Source: a virus (taxonomy: Duplodnaviria > Caudoviricetes). Taken from it: 62,492 nt of DNA. Of the stretch, positions 1-9,454 are shown in pieces. Position 1 is the stretch's first letter, and each line of letters opens with the position of its first letter. The translations under genes and the position numbers were made by a program. The notes under the pieces are model-generated. The model did no database searches. It was given only the letters and a program-made list of their open reading frames with translations, and was not told where the DNA came from. The stretch spans positions 1 through 62,492 of IMG/VR virus record IMGVR_UViG_3300047477_000250, one strand, 5' to 3'.

Positions 1-44
1 ACTTTAGATGATGTTACTAACATTATTAGTAAACTTTTTAATAC

Positions 45-119
45 GGAACATTAACTCAGCGGTAGAGTAGCGTCTTGATAAGGCGTTGGTCGGTGGTTCA
101 AATCCACCATGTTCCACCA
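45..119 (+). tRNA. tRNA-Ile(GAT)
   Basis: Acceptor GGAACAT/ATGTTCC+ACCA; anticodon loop TTGATAA; T-loop TTCAAAT. Confidence 0.95.
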
Positions 120-123
120 TTTT

Positions 124-165
124 GGCTTATTAGCTTAGTCTGGCTCAAAGCGCTACCCTGTCACG
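124..165 (+). pseudogene. 5' half of an interrupted tRNA-Asp(GTC)
   Basis: GGCTTAT acceptor strand, D arm and CTACC-CTGTCAC-G anticodon arm, then an abrupt switch to AT-rich sequence; pairs with 742-769. Confidence 0.85.
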
Positions 166-231
166 TTATTTAATGTTGAAAATTTTCTTTAGTCTTATTG
201 CTATTTGTCAATAATAATTTAAGGAAAATTA

Positions 232-762
232 ATGCAAACTAAAATATGTACAGACTGTAAATTAAATTTAGATATTTCTAATTTTTATATTCATAATAAA
301 AAGAAAAAAGATGGTACAATTTTATCTACTTATCAAAATCTTTGTAAAAAATGTTCTTCTAATAGAAGAAAAAAATATTATGTTAATAATATAGATACCG
401 AAAAAGCTTTGAAAAAAGAACGAGTTGAAAATATTAAAGAATGGTTTATTAATTTAAAGAAAACATATAAATGTTCTAAATGTGAAGATCCCCGTTGGTA
501 TGTTTTAGATTTCCATCATATAGATAATAATAAAGAACATAACCTAGGAGATCTTTCTTGTGGTAAATATAGTAAGAAAAAGATTTTAGAAGAATTTTCT
601 AAATGTATTCCTTTATGTTCAAATTGTCATAGAGAATTACACTATTTAGAAAAAAATGCAGCTGTAGCTCAATCGGGAGAGCGCAACACTGTCACTGTTG
701 AGGTAGTGGGATCGAAACCCATCAGCTGCGCCATAATTTCAGACGGTTCGAATCCGTCATAA
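232..762 (+). CDS. HNH endonuclease (tRNA-associated); ORF reads through tRNA-Asp
   Basis: CxxC pairs, DFHH...K and CIPLCSNCHRELH HNH motif. Confidence 0.85.
   Translation: MQTKICTDCKLNLDISNFYIHNKKKKDGTILSTYQNLCKKCSSNRRKKYYVNNIDTEKALKKERVENIKEWFINLKKTYKCSKCEDPRWYVLDFHHIDNNKEHNLGDLSCGKYSKKKILEEFSKCIPLCSNCHRELHYLEKNAAVAQSGERNTVTVEVVGSKPISCAIISDGSNPS
658..733 (+). tRNA. tRNA-Asp(GTC), intact replacement copy
   Basis: GCAGCTG/CAGCTGC+GCCA; CAACA-CTGTCAC-TGTTG anticodon arm. Confidence 0.93.
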
Positions 763-769
763 GTCGCCA
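742..769 (+). pseudogene. 3' half (T arm + acceptor + CCA) of the interrupted tRNA-Asp
   Basis: GACGG-TTCGAAT-CCGTC-ATAAGTC-GCCA; ATAAGTC pairs with GGCTTAT at 124. Confidence 0.85.
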
Positions 770-875
770 ATTTAAAAGGAAAGTATCATGGCAATGATAG
801 GTGGTCTAGCAGACCCTGATTATGAGACAGTTCTTCCTGAAAAAACTCCAAAAGAAATTGATAAACGTGTATGAT

Positions 876-970
876 GGGCGAAGCCTTACACTTAATATAG
901 AGAAATATGGAATTAAAATATCTATAGATGCATATAAAGACCCTTAGAGTGTTTGGCGTAATTGCACACT
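876..970 (+). ncRNA. Structured repeat A, copy 1 (candidate 5'-UTR element)
   Basis: 95 nt; homologous to 3956-4050 with a covarying internal stem. Confidence 0.6.
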
Positions 971-997
971 GTTTATTAATTTAATACGGTAATAAAA

Positions 998-1459
998 ATG
1001 AAAACAGAAATTAAATTTCCTGGTCTTTATACTCCTAAATTAGATAATTATAATGATAATGGTTACTATGATGGTTGTGTTGATTATCAAGTAAATGATC
1101 GTAAAGGTAAATTATTATTTTGGTTATTATTTGAAGAAGAAGATTATTTTACTATACCATTAAGAGATGAAGTTTATAAATCATGTACTCCATTTATTTA
1201 TATAGAAAGAACTTCCACTAATCATTTCTTTTTTGAAAATGATAAAGATGTTGAAGACATGTTAAAATATCCTCATACTATTAGTACTATTGGTTGTGAT
1301 GATGGACATAAAGGTTGGAGATTTGAAACTAAAGAGCAATTAGAAGCTTGGGTTATGAATTTCATACAAGATGCTCTTAATATTAATAAAAAGAACTCTT
1401 TTGAATATCCTTCTGAATTTTTAGATTATTATGAAGAAAACCAAGTTTGGAGAAACTAA
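998..1459 (+). CDS. hypothetical protein
   Basis: ORF track. Confidence 0.7.
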   Translation: MKTEIKFPGLYTPKLDNYNDNGYYDGCVDYQVNDRKGKLLFWLLFEEEDYFTIPLRDEVYKSCTPFIYIERTSTNHFFFENDKDVEDMLKYPHTISTIGCDDGHKGWRFETKEQLEAWVMNFIQDALNINKKNSFEYPSEFLDYYEENQVWRN

Positions 1460-1869
1460 TGTCTGATATTCCATTATATTTAGTTCGAATTGGTATTAAA
1501 GATATCCCTAGTGAAGATCATTTAGGATATCCAGCATCAGGACTCATTGGTGAAGAAACTAATGTCTTTGATGTGAATAATGAAATGATTCATGTTGGAG
1601 ATATAGTTAAAGTAACTAAAGAAAATGGTTGGTGGACAGGTTTAATTATATACCATGATAGTTATAAATATGGTGAATACTATACTATAACTGGAATGGC
1701 TTCTTCTCCTTTAAAAGAATTAAGTAAGACGCATAAAATTGAAAGAGTCGTACCTTATACTCATTTAAATCAAGAGTATAGAAGACATATTCACTATATT
1801 GCATTATCAGAAAAATATTTAGATACATCTTACAATTTTGTGAATGGTGTATGGACTAAAATAAAATAA
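1447..1869 (+). CDS. hypothetical protein
   Basis: ORF track; likely start ATG 1459 overlapping the upstream stop. Confidence 0.65.
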   Translation: MEKLMSDIPLYLVRIGIKDIPSEDHLGYPASGLIGEETNVFDVNNEMIHVGDIVKVTKENGWWTGLIIYHDSYKYGEYYTITGMASSPLKELSKTHKIERVVPYTHLNQEYRRHIHYIALSEKYLDTSYNFVNGVWTKIK

Positions 1870-1880
1870 TAGGTAAACTA

Positions 1881-2048
1881 ATGAAACAATGGTTAAAAGA
1901 TTTTACACATAATTGTATTGTTCATCCAATGATGATGTTTATACCTAAAAAATGGGCTAACCAGCTCCATGATCGACATGCTGGTTGGTGTTGGGGAAAA
2001 GAAAATCATGTTGACGAATTAACTTTAGAAGGTTTTCGTGAAAAATGA
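1881..2048 (+). CDS. small hypothetical protein (55 aa, MKQWLKDFTHNCIVHP...)
   Basis: Read manually; AGGT RBS; below the ORF-track cutoff. Confidence 0.6.
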   Translation: MKQWLKDFTHNCIVHPMMMFIPKKWANQLHDRHAGWCWGKENHVDELTLEGFREK

Positions 2049-2212
2049 ATTTAAACATTTTTTAATACTATTAAAGGTACAGTACTAAATGTACTAAGTA
2101 CTTATAAAGAAAAAATTAATCGATTAGATCAAAAACCTAAAACATTAATTAATGTTTTAATGGAACGTTTTGAAAATCAGACAAAAACTAATTTAGAAAG
2201 CTGTAGGCATAC

Positions 2213-2654
2213 AGGTGTTCTTAAGTTACAGTTGGGCTACTTACCTAACAACGTGCTTGTATGAGCATGATTTGCAATCCTTTCTATCTCTCCTCATACT
2301 TCCCATGTGTAAACACATGTTCTAGTCAGGAGAAACCCCTCCGTGCATTTGTCTAACGGAGGCTAAAAATGGTGACGTTAGTCCACGATCCACGTAGCAC
2401 CTGATCCTTGGTCACTCCGTAAAGGAGGAGTAAAGGGTAGTATGGCAGTGGCATACATTCCCTATGGGACATGGAGAATTGTTCAATTACCTGAGACCAT
2501 GTAAAATCCGCAGGAAGTTGAGAAATTTAATCTATTAGTTGCTTATGTAAATATGATTCTAGAAAACATTACATATTCGAACATCTATCTGTTAAAAGAA
2601 GTGGTGCAGTTGGTATCTCGGGTACACGAGTCTCAAAGTACATACGGAGCACCT
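2213..2654 (+). ncRNA. Large GC-enriched structured ncRNA candidate
   Basis: No ORF; closing stem AGGTGTTC/GAGCACCT; many internal hairpins. Confidence 0.55.
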
Positions 2655-2694
2655 TAATGTTGAATTCTAAAGATAGATTAAAACAAATTTAATT

Positions 2695-2939
2695 AACACA
2701 CATAACCGTAAGAAGTTCCATCCAAATATCTACTTGTATCTTTAGATTGTATTTGAGATGTTCTGTGACGGATTTATTAGTAGAAATAAAGAGAAGTGGA
2801 TAGTAACCTACGATTGCTTATCAACAGCTTAGGCTTCGATTTGCCGTATACGGTATACAAAACAGATGACCCCTTAGTTTAAGAATTCGTTCTTATTCTG
2901 TATGAGCTAAATCAGTCTTACGCCTTCTTTATGTGTGTT
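2695..2939 (+). ncRNA. Structured repeat B, copy 1 (~250 nt)
   Basis: Homologous to 4469-4735 with compensatory changes. Confidence 0.7.
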
Positions 2940-2940
2940 T

Positions 2941-3116
2941 AGTTATCTTAGACCTGGGTTGTCCTATCCAGGTGTAGTACCCATTGTTAATCATTTGAAT
3001 CAGAATATAGACGTATGTTTAAAGTTTGAATGGTCGCTAGAAAATCCATGGTCCTAGTGTATAAAATAAGGTGGAATTGTAGGTTCGAATCCTCGCAATT
3101 CAGGTCTAAGATAATT
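2941..3116 (+). ncRNA. RNA with a T-loop-like hairpin inside a long closing stem
   Basis: AGTTATCTTAGACCTG/CAGGTCTAAGATAATT stem; AGG-TTCGAAT-CCT. Confidence 0.5.
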
Positions 3117-3142
3117 AGGAAGTTGGCCTCAAAGTAGCTGAT

Positions 3143-3676
3143 TTATTCGTCAGCGTGTTCTTTTCGATGACAATTCGCACATAAAACTATACACTTATCT
3201 AACTCAGATTTAATACTATTAAAAGTCTTAGTAGTCTTAGATATTGAAAAATCTTTTTGTAAAGGATCTGTATGATGAAAATCATAAATTTGTGGGTAAT
3301 CTTTATCTACTAATTTACATCTATTACATATCCATCCTAAATACTCTAAAGCTTGAATTTTTATATTTCTTCGTCTTTGTGAAGATTGAATTGACCTACA
3401 AGGTTTACAAACGGAATCATAATATTCCCATACTCTTTCATTTTCCTTTTGGACTTGTTTATAAAATTCAGTTGTAGATTTTTCTAGTTTACAATCTAAA
3501 CAGATTTTTTCTTTTTTATCTATTGCTCTATCTACTACTTTTTCTGCTTTCTTTATTTTCAAGTTATGTGTTTTTGCAAATAAATAAATTGTAGATTTTG
3601 ATTTATTAGTTTTTTCTACTAAATCAGAAATTGTTAAATCTTGTTTGATTAGTTCAATTATTTGTTGGGTATTCAT
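3143..3676 (-). CDS. HNH endonuclease, paralog of 232-762
   Basis: DFHH, CIVLCANCHRKEH. Confidence 0.85.
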   Translation of the reverse strand: MNTQQIIELIKQDLTISDLVEKTNKSKSTIYLFAKTHNLKIKKAEKVVDRAIDKKEKICLDCKLEKSTTEFYKQVQKENERVWEYYDSVCKPCRSIQSSQRRRNIKIQALEYLGWICNRCKLVDKDYPQIYDFHHTDPLQKDFSISKTTKTFNSIKSELDKCIVLCANCHRKEHADE

Positions 3677-3751
3677 TGTAATTACTCATATTTTAATTTA
3701 TTATATATGTTGTTCAACTCTTTATAATTTTGTTTTTAAAGAGCTAAACGT

Positions 3752-3780
3752 ATTATAATTATTATGTAAAGTTTTGTCAA
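3752..3780 (-). promoter_or_regulatory. Consensus sigma70 promoter for the HNH gene
   Basis: TTGACA-17 nt-TATAAT on the minus strand. Confidence 0.85.
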
Positions 3781-3955
3781 TCTTTTAAAGAGTCACAAGA
3801 ACGATCCGTAGTGCAGCATACCCAGTCCCAGGGAGAGCTGACGTAAAAGTTCAGGGGAAGAATTAGTACAGTTTTATATATAATGTAGAAGGTAATATGG
3901 GCGGTATATGTTGTGATGACTATATCTCTAGAAGTTATGCTGGAACTATGTTTAA

Positions 3956-4050
3956 GGGCGAAGCCTTAGACTTAATCTGATGAAAGTAAGGGATAGGATA
4001 ATCAGAGATGTATATAAAGACCCTCAGAGTGTTTGGTTTAACAACACACT
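3956..4050 (+). ncRNA. Structured repeat A, copy 2
   Basis: See 876-970. Confidence 0.6.
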
Positions 4051-4081
4051 ATTTATCAATTAATATTCAAGGTAATTTAAT

Positions 4082-4333
4082 ATGGAAGAAAGAATCTTAG
4101 AAACATTAAAAATTTCTATGTATAAACTAGCATATTATAATTACAATGCTACCTATGGTCGGTATCAGTATGAGCAGGAGATTCTTGCTTATAAGTACCA
4201 TATAGGAACTCTCGTAGATTTGTGTATCTTAGAAGGAATTAGTATAGCTAATCTTTCTGAGTCGTATGATGGTTATACTGTCGATGAAGAGGATTTAATC
4301 TCTTTTGTCGAACTAGTTAAATATTTTAATTAA
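4082..4333 (+). CDS. hypothetical protein (only ORF found with an apparently triplet-read in-frame CGG, at 4160)
   Basis: ORF track. Confidence 0.55.
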   Translation: MEERILETLKISMYKLAYYNYNATYGRYQYEQEILAYKYHIGTLVDLCILEGISIANLSESYDGYTVDEEDLISFVELVKYFN

Positions 4334-4468
4334 TCCCCCTTAAATAGTTGGGAAGGAGTTTGCAATTAAAAGATAGGTTGACTTCCTATCTCTGTACAGC
4401 TTAGACAAACAGAAGTTATCTTTAAATGCCCCGAGGAAAGAAGCGGAATAGGCGTCTGTTTTAGTGTT

Positions 4469-4735
4469 TTACATAACCACAAGAAGCTCCATCCAAGTAT
4501 CTACATTAGCTTGCATTTGACCACTGATTATCATGCCGATGCGATAAGCACATTATTTGAGATGTTCTATGGTGGCTCTATTGGTAGTGATAGAGAGAAG
4601 TGGAGATTAATAAATATTGAGTTGGACTGATTTTTGTTTACCCAATCTATTTATTATGAAGTGATGACCCCTTAGAGATATGTATTCGTACATACTCCGT
4701 ATGAGCTAAATTGTCCTTACGCCTTCTTTATGTAA
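4469..4735 (+). ncRNA. Structured repeat B, copy 2
   Basis: See 2695-2939. Confidence 0.7.
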
Positions 4736-5105
4736 CCATTCATAAAATAAATGAATTAAAAAGAGAATTTTAATGTTTGAATATGATAAATTGTCAAAAG
4801 AAAAATAGGCGATTGTTCTTCAAGTTATGTTTAGTAATTACTTTCCTTTTACCACGCTCCAATTTTAATTAATATTTAGAAATAATTTATATCCACAACA
4901 AGTAATCGACGGACGCACTTAATTACGTAAGTATGACAGTACCGTATCAAATGTATGTTGATACCAGCAAAAGAGACAGAAAGTTATTATAAATTATTTC
5001 ATAAATATTAATTATTAAGTTTTAATCACGACAAATGTTTAATGTTTAAAAGTTCTCAAATAAAATTAATCTTTTAAAATTATAGAAACTGTATAGGTAT
5101 TTAAT

Positions 5106-5348
5106 ATGAATATTACTAATGGTGAAGTTGAAGAGATTAGAACATGGTCTCATTTTAATAATAAAGTTATTAAATTTCAAAATACAGTTAACTCTGAAAT
5201 ATTTAAACAATTATTTAATGATGATTGGAAACGATTACGTATTCATTTTATTGAAGATTGTAATCGTGACCTTAATAAATTTAGAACATATTTAACTAAC
5301 AATCAAAATAATGATGTATTAACATATATAGTAAGAATTAGTTTATGA
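5106..5348 (+). CDS. hypothetical protein
   Basis: ORF track with RBS. Confidence 0.6.
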   Translation: MNITNGEVEEIRTWSHFNNKVIKFQNTVNSEIFKQLFNDDWKRLRIHFIEDCNRDLNKFRTYLTNNQNNDVLTYIVRISL

Positions 5349-5573
5349 TGTATGTTATATTAATTAACTTATTTGCATACGAGGAATTGCGTAGCATTGG
5401 AGAAACCGTTGATAACTGAGTAATAAAAGCTTTGGATAAAGTTATTACGAGGTTTGATAGAATGTAGGTATCGAGGCCTACTGTGAATAAGTTAATTAAT
5501 ATAATGATGTGTTAATATATATATATATATATGTAGTTAGAATTAAGTCATAGTATAATTAGGAGTCACATTA

Positions 5574-5981
5574 GTGAGTAGTGATGTATTATTAAATGAA
5601 GCTAAAGCTATTATACATACTTATGGTTTAGCTACTAGTGCTAGTGTATTTGCTCAAAAAGTAATAAACTACATAGAAGAGTCAGAAGGAATTAAAATTA
5701 ATTCAAGTGTATTAGAGTATTTAAATGATTACTTTCCTGCTCCTTTTTATTTAAAAACAAATAAATATGAAGTAGGTACTGTTTTGTATACTGCTAAACC
5801 TTATATTCGTACTAATGCAACTATTGTAAATATTAAAGGTAATACTTTTATTATATTAACAGATATTGGTAATCTAATAGAAGTAGATGTTAAAACTTTA
5901 GAATCAAATTATTTACCACCTGTTTGTAAAAGAGCAAGGAGTGTACCTGATTTAGAGGAAGAGTATTTTACCTTATTATAA
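5574..5981 (+). CDS. hypothetical protein
   Basis: ORF track, AGGAG RBS. Confidence 0.65.
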   Translation: MSSDVLLNEAKAIIHTYGLATSASVFAQKVINYIEESEGIKINSSVLEYLNDYFPAPFYLKTNKYEVGTVLYTAKPYIRTNATIVNIKGNTFIILTDIGNLIEVDVKTLESNYLPPVCKRARSVPDLEEEYFTLL

Positions 5982-6024
5982 TTAAAATTGAAATTATTAT
6001 ATATTATTATCAGGAACTTAAATA

Positions 6025-6726
6025 ATGAGTTATATTCAAAATAAAATCCAATATAGTAGGTTACATAAAAATGAAAGGCAAGTATTAGAATACTTATTTT
6101 GTACGCTTGGTAATGGAATTGATTTAAATTTAAAAGGTCATATTGAAAGTTATTACGATGCTGAATTTATTATTACAGAACCAGTATTACCTTTATCTTA
6201 TATTTATCCAATTCATACATTTAGTAGTCGTGGTTCACGTTTAGCTGGATGTTCTAATAAAGGATTTAAAGAAGCAGTTCAATATTTAATTGATTGTATT
6301 ATGGTTACTCCTGATACTGTTTCTAATGTTAAAGATTGGAAAGATAATATTCATATTCTTGAAAAATTAAGAGATCATCCGCCTATAAAAGATCAATATA
6401 GTGATAAAGAATTAGGTGAAGAGAATTTTCTTAAAGAATTAATGAAATCGACTTCGACTACTGCAAGTCATTGTAATCTTCAAGGTATTCCAGATAATTC
6501 TGTTCGAAAAATTCAATATTTTGATGTTCAATGGTCTGACACTCCTGAATTTGTTTTAGAAGAAGTTAAACAATTATGGTTAGATTATACGTTAGGTAAT
6601 GATAAATATATCTATAAAACTAATTTAGATGATGAATTATTTGCAAGTTATCCTCGTATTTATTTTTGGCTTAAACATAAAAATGTTAAAGAAAACGAAG
6701 AAGTAATTGTTCATTGGTGGTGGTAG
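6025..6726 (+). CDS. hypothetical protein
   Basis: ORF track. Confidence 0.7.
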   Translation: MSYIQNKIQYSRLHKNERQVLEYLFCTLGNGIDLNLKGHIESYYDAEFIITEPVLPLSYIYPIHTFSSRGSRLAGCSNKGFKEAVQYLIDCIMVTPDTVSNVKDWKDNIHILEKLRDHPPIKDQYSDKELGEENFLKELMKSTSTTASHCNLQGIPDNSVRKIQYFDVQWSDTPEFVLEEVKQLWLDYTLGNDKYIYKTNLDDELFASYPRIYFWLKHKNVKENEEVIVHWWW

Positions 6727-7218
6727 TAATATGAAACGTAAAGAGACTCAAGAAGAAATTGATAAACGTGTAGCTAAAAGAGAAGAAAAACTTCGTCAAA
6801 AATTAGCAGAAATTGCACAAAGAGAACGTCATTTCCAAGAAGCACATGACTATAGAGAACGTATGGGTATTTGCCATTTGGCTCAAGGTATGTATGGTTG
6901 GGATTAATGTTATCAGATTTTTAAAAGACTTTGGAATAGCAACTATTAAATGAAAGAATTAAAACCAAAATTTATATTTCAATATAGTCAAGCTGATATA
7001 TTTTTAGCTAATATTGATAATACACTTTCTTTATTTGAAAATATTAATACTTTATATTCTCTTTTAAACTTTAACCAATTAATTCTTTGGATGAGATTAC
7101 ATAAGATACTTCGCCATTATTTTAATCAGTTTATTTATGATGTAGCAAGAGATGGTAGTTGGATAATGATTAATAATGAAAAATATTTATTTGATAGTAT
7201 CAACAGTGTAGTAGAAAA

Positions 7219-7605
7219 ATGAGTCAAGAAAATTATTTAAAATTGTACATTGCTGTGCTGGAAGATTGTCCCGATTTTATAGTTCCAACTCTTGTAGCTC
7301 ATAGTATGTTAGGTGCTCATTTAATGTTTGAAGCTACATCTGGACATTTAATTAACGGAGGACTAACTAAAGTTTATGATTTAACTTATAAACATTGGTT
7401 AACAGAATCTTTCCGTAAATGTGTAATACGTGTTAATCGTAAGGAATTTGAAAAGATTAAACAACTAGATAAAGTATATTTAGGACATGAAAATACTACA
7501 TTAGGTGGTGAAAAATCTTGTGCAGTAGTGTATCCAGTATGGAGTAATAATTTACCCAATGTATTAAAATTCGCACAACTTTGGTCTCCAAAATGTCAAA
7601 ACTAG
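7219..7605 (+). CDS. Pth2-like peptidyl-tRNA hydrolase domain protein
   Basis: KLYIAV...AH...W...FRKCVIRV pattern resembling the PTH2 fold. Confidence 0.55.
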   Translation: MSQENYLKLYIAVLEDCPDFIVPTLVAHSMLGAHLMFEATSGHLINGGLTKVYDLTYKHWLTESFRKCVIRVNRKEFEKIKQLDKVYLGHENTTLGGEKSCAVVYPVWSNNLPNVLKFAQLWSPKCQN

Positions 7606-8059
7606 GTTACAATTATGGAAATAATGAAAATATTAGTAATTGGTAAATCAATTTTACCAAAGATTATAAATACAATACCAAAAGAATATTTAATACGACA
7701 AGTAAAATCACCTTATATTCAATATATTTATAATATTGAAAATACAGAAATTATTGTAAGATGCTATAATACATTAAATAATAATTCTTTAAGAGGACAA
7801 TCTTTTGATATAATATATTGCCATCCAACTGAATATTTAGATTATGTAGAATTTTTAATACCTTTATATTTTAGTAATCCAAAATTAGAAATTCGATTGA
7901 TAACTAAATCACGATTAAAATAATTGTACAGTTGGTTGTCAAAATAAATAGAGATGGGTTAGATTCCTTAACTATGTTTAGACTCTCGAAATCGTACGTT
8001 TTATTGATTGATATTTATTTGATTGTAGTTTTTAGTGAATTTATATTAAGTAGAACATT

Positions 8060-8407
8060 ATGAAATACTTTTTAAAATTAACAAACAGTTTTAAGTATAT
8101 TTTATTTTCATATGTTACTAGTTTGTTATTAGCTTCAATATTATTTTCTTATATAGAAAATCATTCCTTTATAGATTCTTTATACTGGGCTTGTGTTACT
8201 TCTTTAACTATAGGTTATGGTGATTTATCACCTGTTACTACTATAGGTAAAATCATAGCTATTGTATTTGGACATTTTTGGATTTTTCTAATTATTCCAT
8301 CTATTATTAGTTTGATTGTTACAAATATTATTCAAGATAAAAATGAATTTACTCATCTTGAACAAGAAGAAATCAAATCAATGTTAAAAGAACTATTAAA
8401 TAAATAA
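8060..8407 (+). CDS. Potassium channel family protein (2TM, Kcv/KcsA-like)
   Basis: Selectivity filter TSLTIGYGD between two hydrophobic helices. Confidence 0.9.
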   Translation: MKYFLKLTNSFKYILFSYVTSLLLASILFSYIENHSFIDSLYWACVTSLTIGYGDLSPVTTIGKIIAIVFGHFWIFLIIPSIISLIVTNIIQDKNEFTHLEQEEIKSMLKELLNK

Positions 8408-8723
8408 AATATTCGATTTTGTTTCTTTTAAAATAAAAAGAAAGAAATTAATCCAAGCTTTAAAATTATTTTAAAGAATTTCTCTTCTAACCAAAGAGAA
8501 GAAGTTAGTATATTCTTCAAAAATATACCAGAGCTAGACTGTAAAATAGATCCTTTGTCATTGTAAGGTAAATGACCTTGTATTTATGAATAGTACAAAG
8601 AACCTATTCGTAACAACCTGACGAAATAGGTTGGATGACTCTAACATTAAAAATAGATTAGTGATGACAAACTAAGCTTATAATATATTATAAGTAAAGG
8701 GAGTGGTACTTCCAGTCAATTTA

Positions 8724-8803
8724 AGGCATGTGGTGAAGTGGCTCAACACACTGGGTTTTGATCCCAGCATATATCGTTAGTTCGAATCTAACCATGCCTT
8801 CCA
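8724..8803 (+). tRNA. tRNA-Gln(TTG)
   Basis: AGGCATG/CATGCCT+TCCA; CTGGG-TTTTGAT-CCCAG. Confidence 0.9.
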
Positions 8804-8909
8804 TATTTTATCTTATTTTCTATCGCAAATTTTAAACTAATTTTTGGATTAGGAAATATGTCTTTATCCTCTATACTTGACTATAACATTTAGTCATCCC
8901 TTATTTTAA

Positions 8910-8976
8910 ACATTACTAACAGCAACTTTCCTAAAACAACAAACTTTTAATTTGTCCTCGTTCAAGATAGTAATGT
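8910..8976 (+). repeat. ACAGCAA hairpin element, copy 1
   Basis: ACATTACTA/TAGTAATGT stem; AACAGCAA; internal ACAAA-CTTTTAA-TTTGT. Confidence 0.7.
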
Positions 8977-9237
8977 GTCTATATTTTTTTAGTTAAATTC
9001 AGCTAATATTAATTTAAATATTTGCGGATAACTAACTTTTAAGCGTTGTCGTATGTAGATCTGAAACTCTACCCAAATTGGATTATTTGAGATACCTTCG
9101 ATATTAGAAGGCGAAATATTATTTAATATTAGACTAAATTTAATTATATTAAGAATCTTCTTATTCGTTTATTACATGTACTTCCAGTCACAGAATTCTT
9201 AAAAACTAATTTTAAAAGTTTTTTAAACTAATTTTAA

Positions 9238-9343
9238 AAGCTACGAACCGCAAATTCTTACAAAACTACTTTTAATCAAACTATCGAAAGCACTTATACT
9301 GTCTGTTCACATCAGACCTGTATATTTTAAATTGTAGTAGCTT
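9238..9343 (+). repeat. ACAGCAA hairpin element, copy 2 (ACCGCAA variant)
   Basis: AAGCTAC/GTAGCTT stem; internal GTCTG-TTCACAT-CAGAC. Confidence 0.6.
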
Positions 9344-9454
9344 GTTTTACAGCCCTTTTATATAATTCTCTTCGGAGAGTTTATAAAGCATATGTGATGA
9401 CTGTTAGGAAAGACTAACAACTAATATATCTAAAGAAATTCAAGGAGAGTTACT

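Noticed and set aside
876-970. Repeat A as a c-di-GMP-I riboswitch
   Set aside because: GGGCGAAGCC only superficially resembles GGGCAAACC; the P2/P3 tetraloop-receptor layout is not evident.
4160-4163. In-frame CGGT in ORF 4082-4333 as a quadruplet site
   Set aside because: The +1 frame stops after 13 more codons while the triplet frame stays open. Counted as a counter-example (Arg, or a doubtful ORF).
5515-5532. (AT)n tract
   Set aside because: Short microsatellite, unremarkable in very AT-rich DNA.
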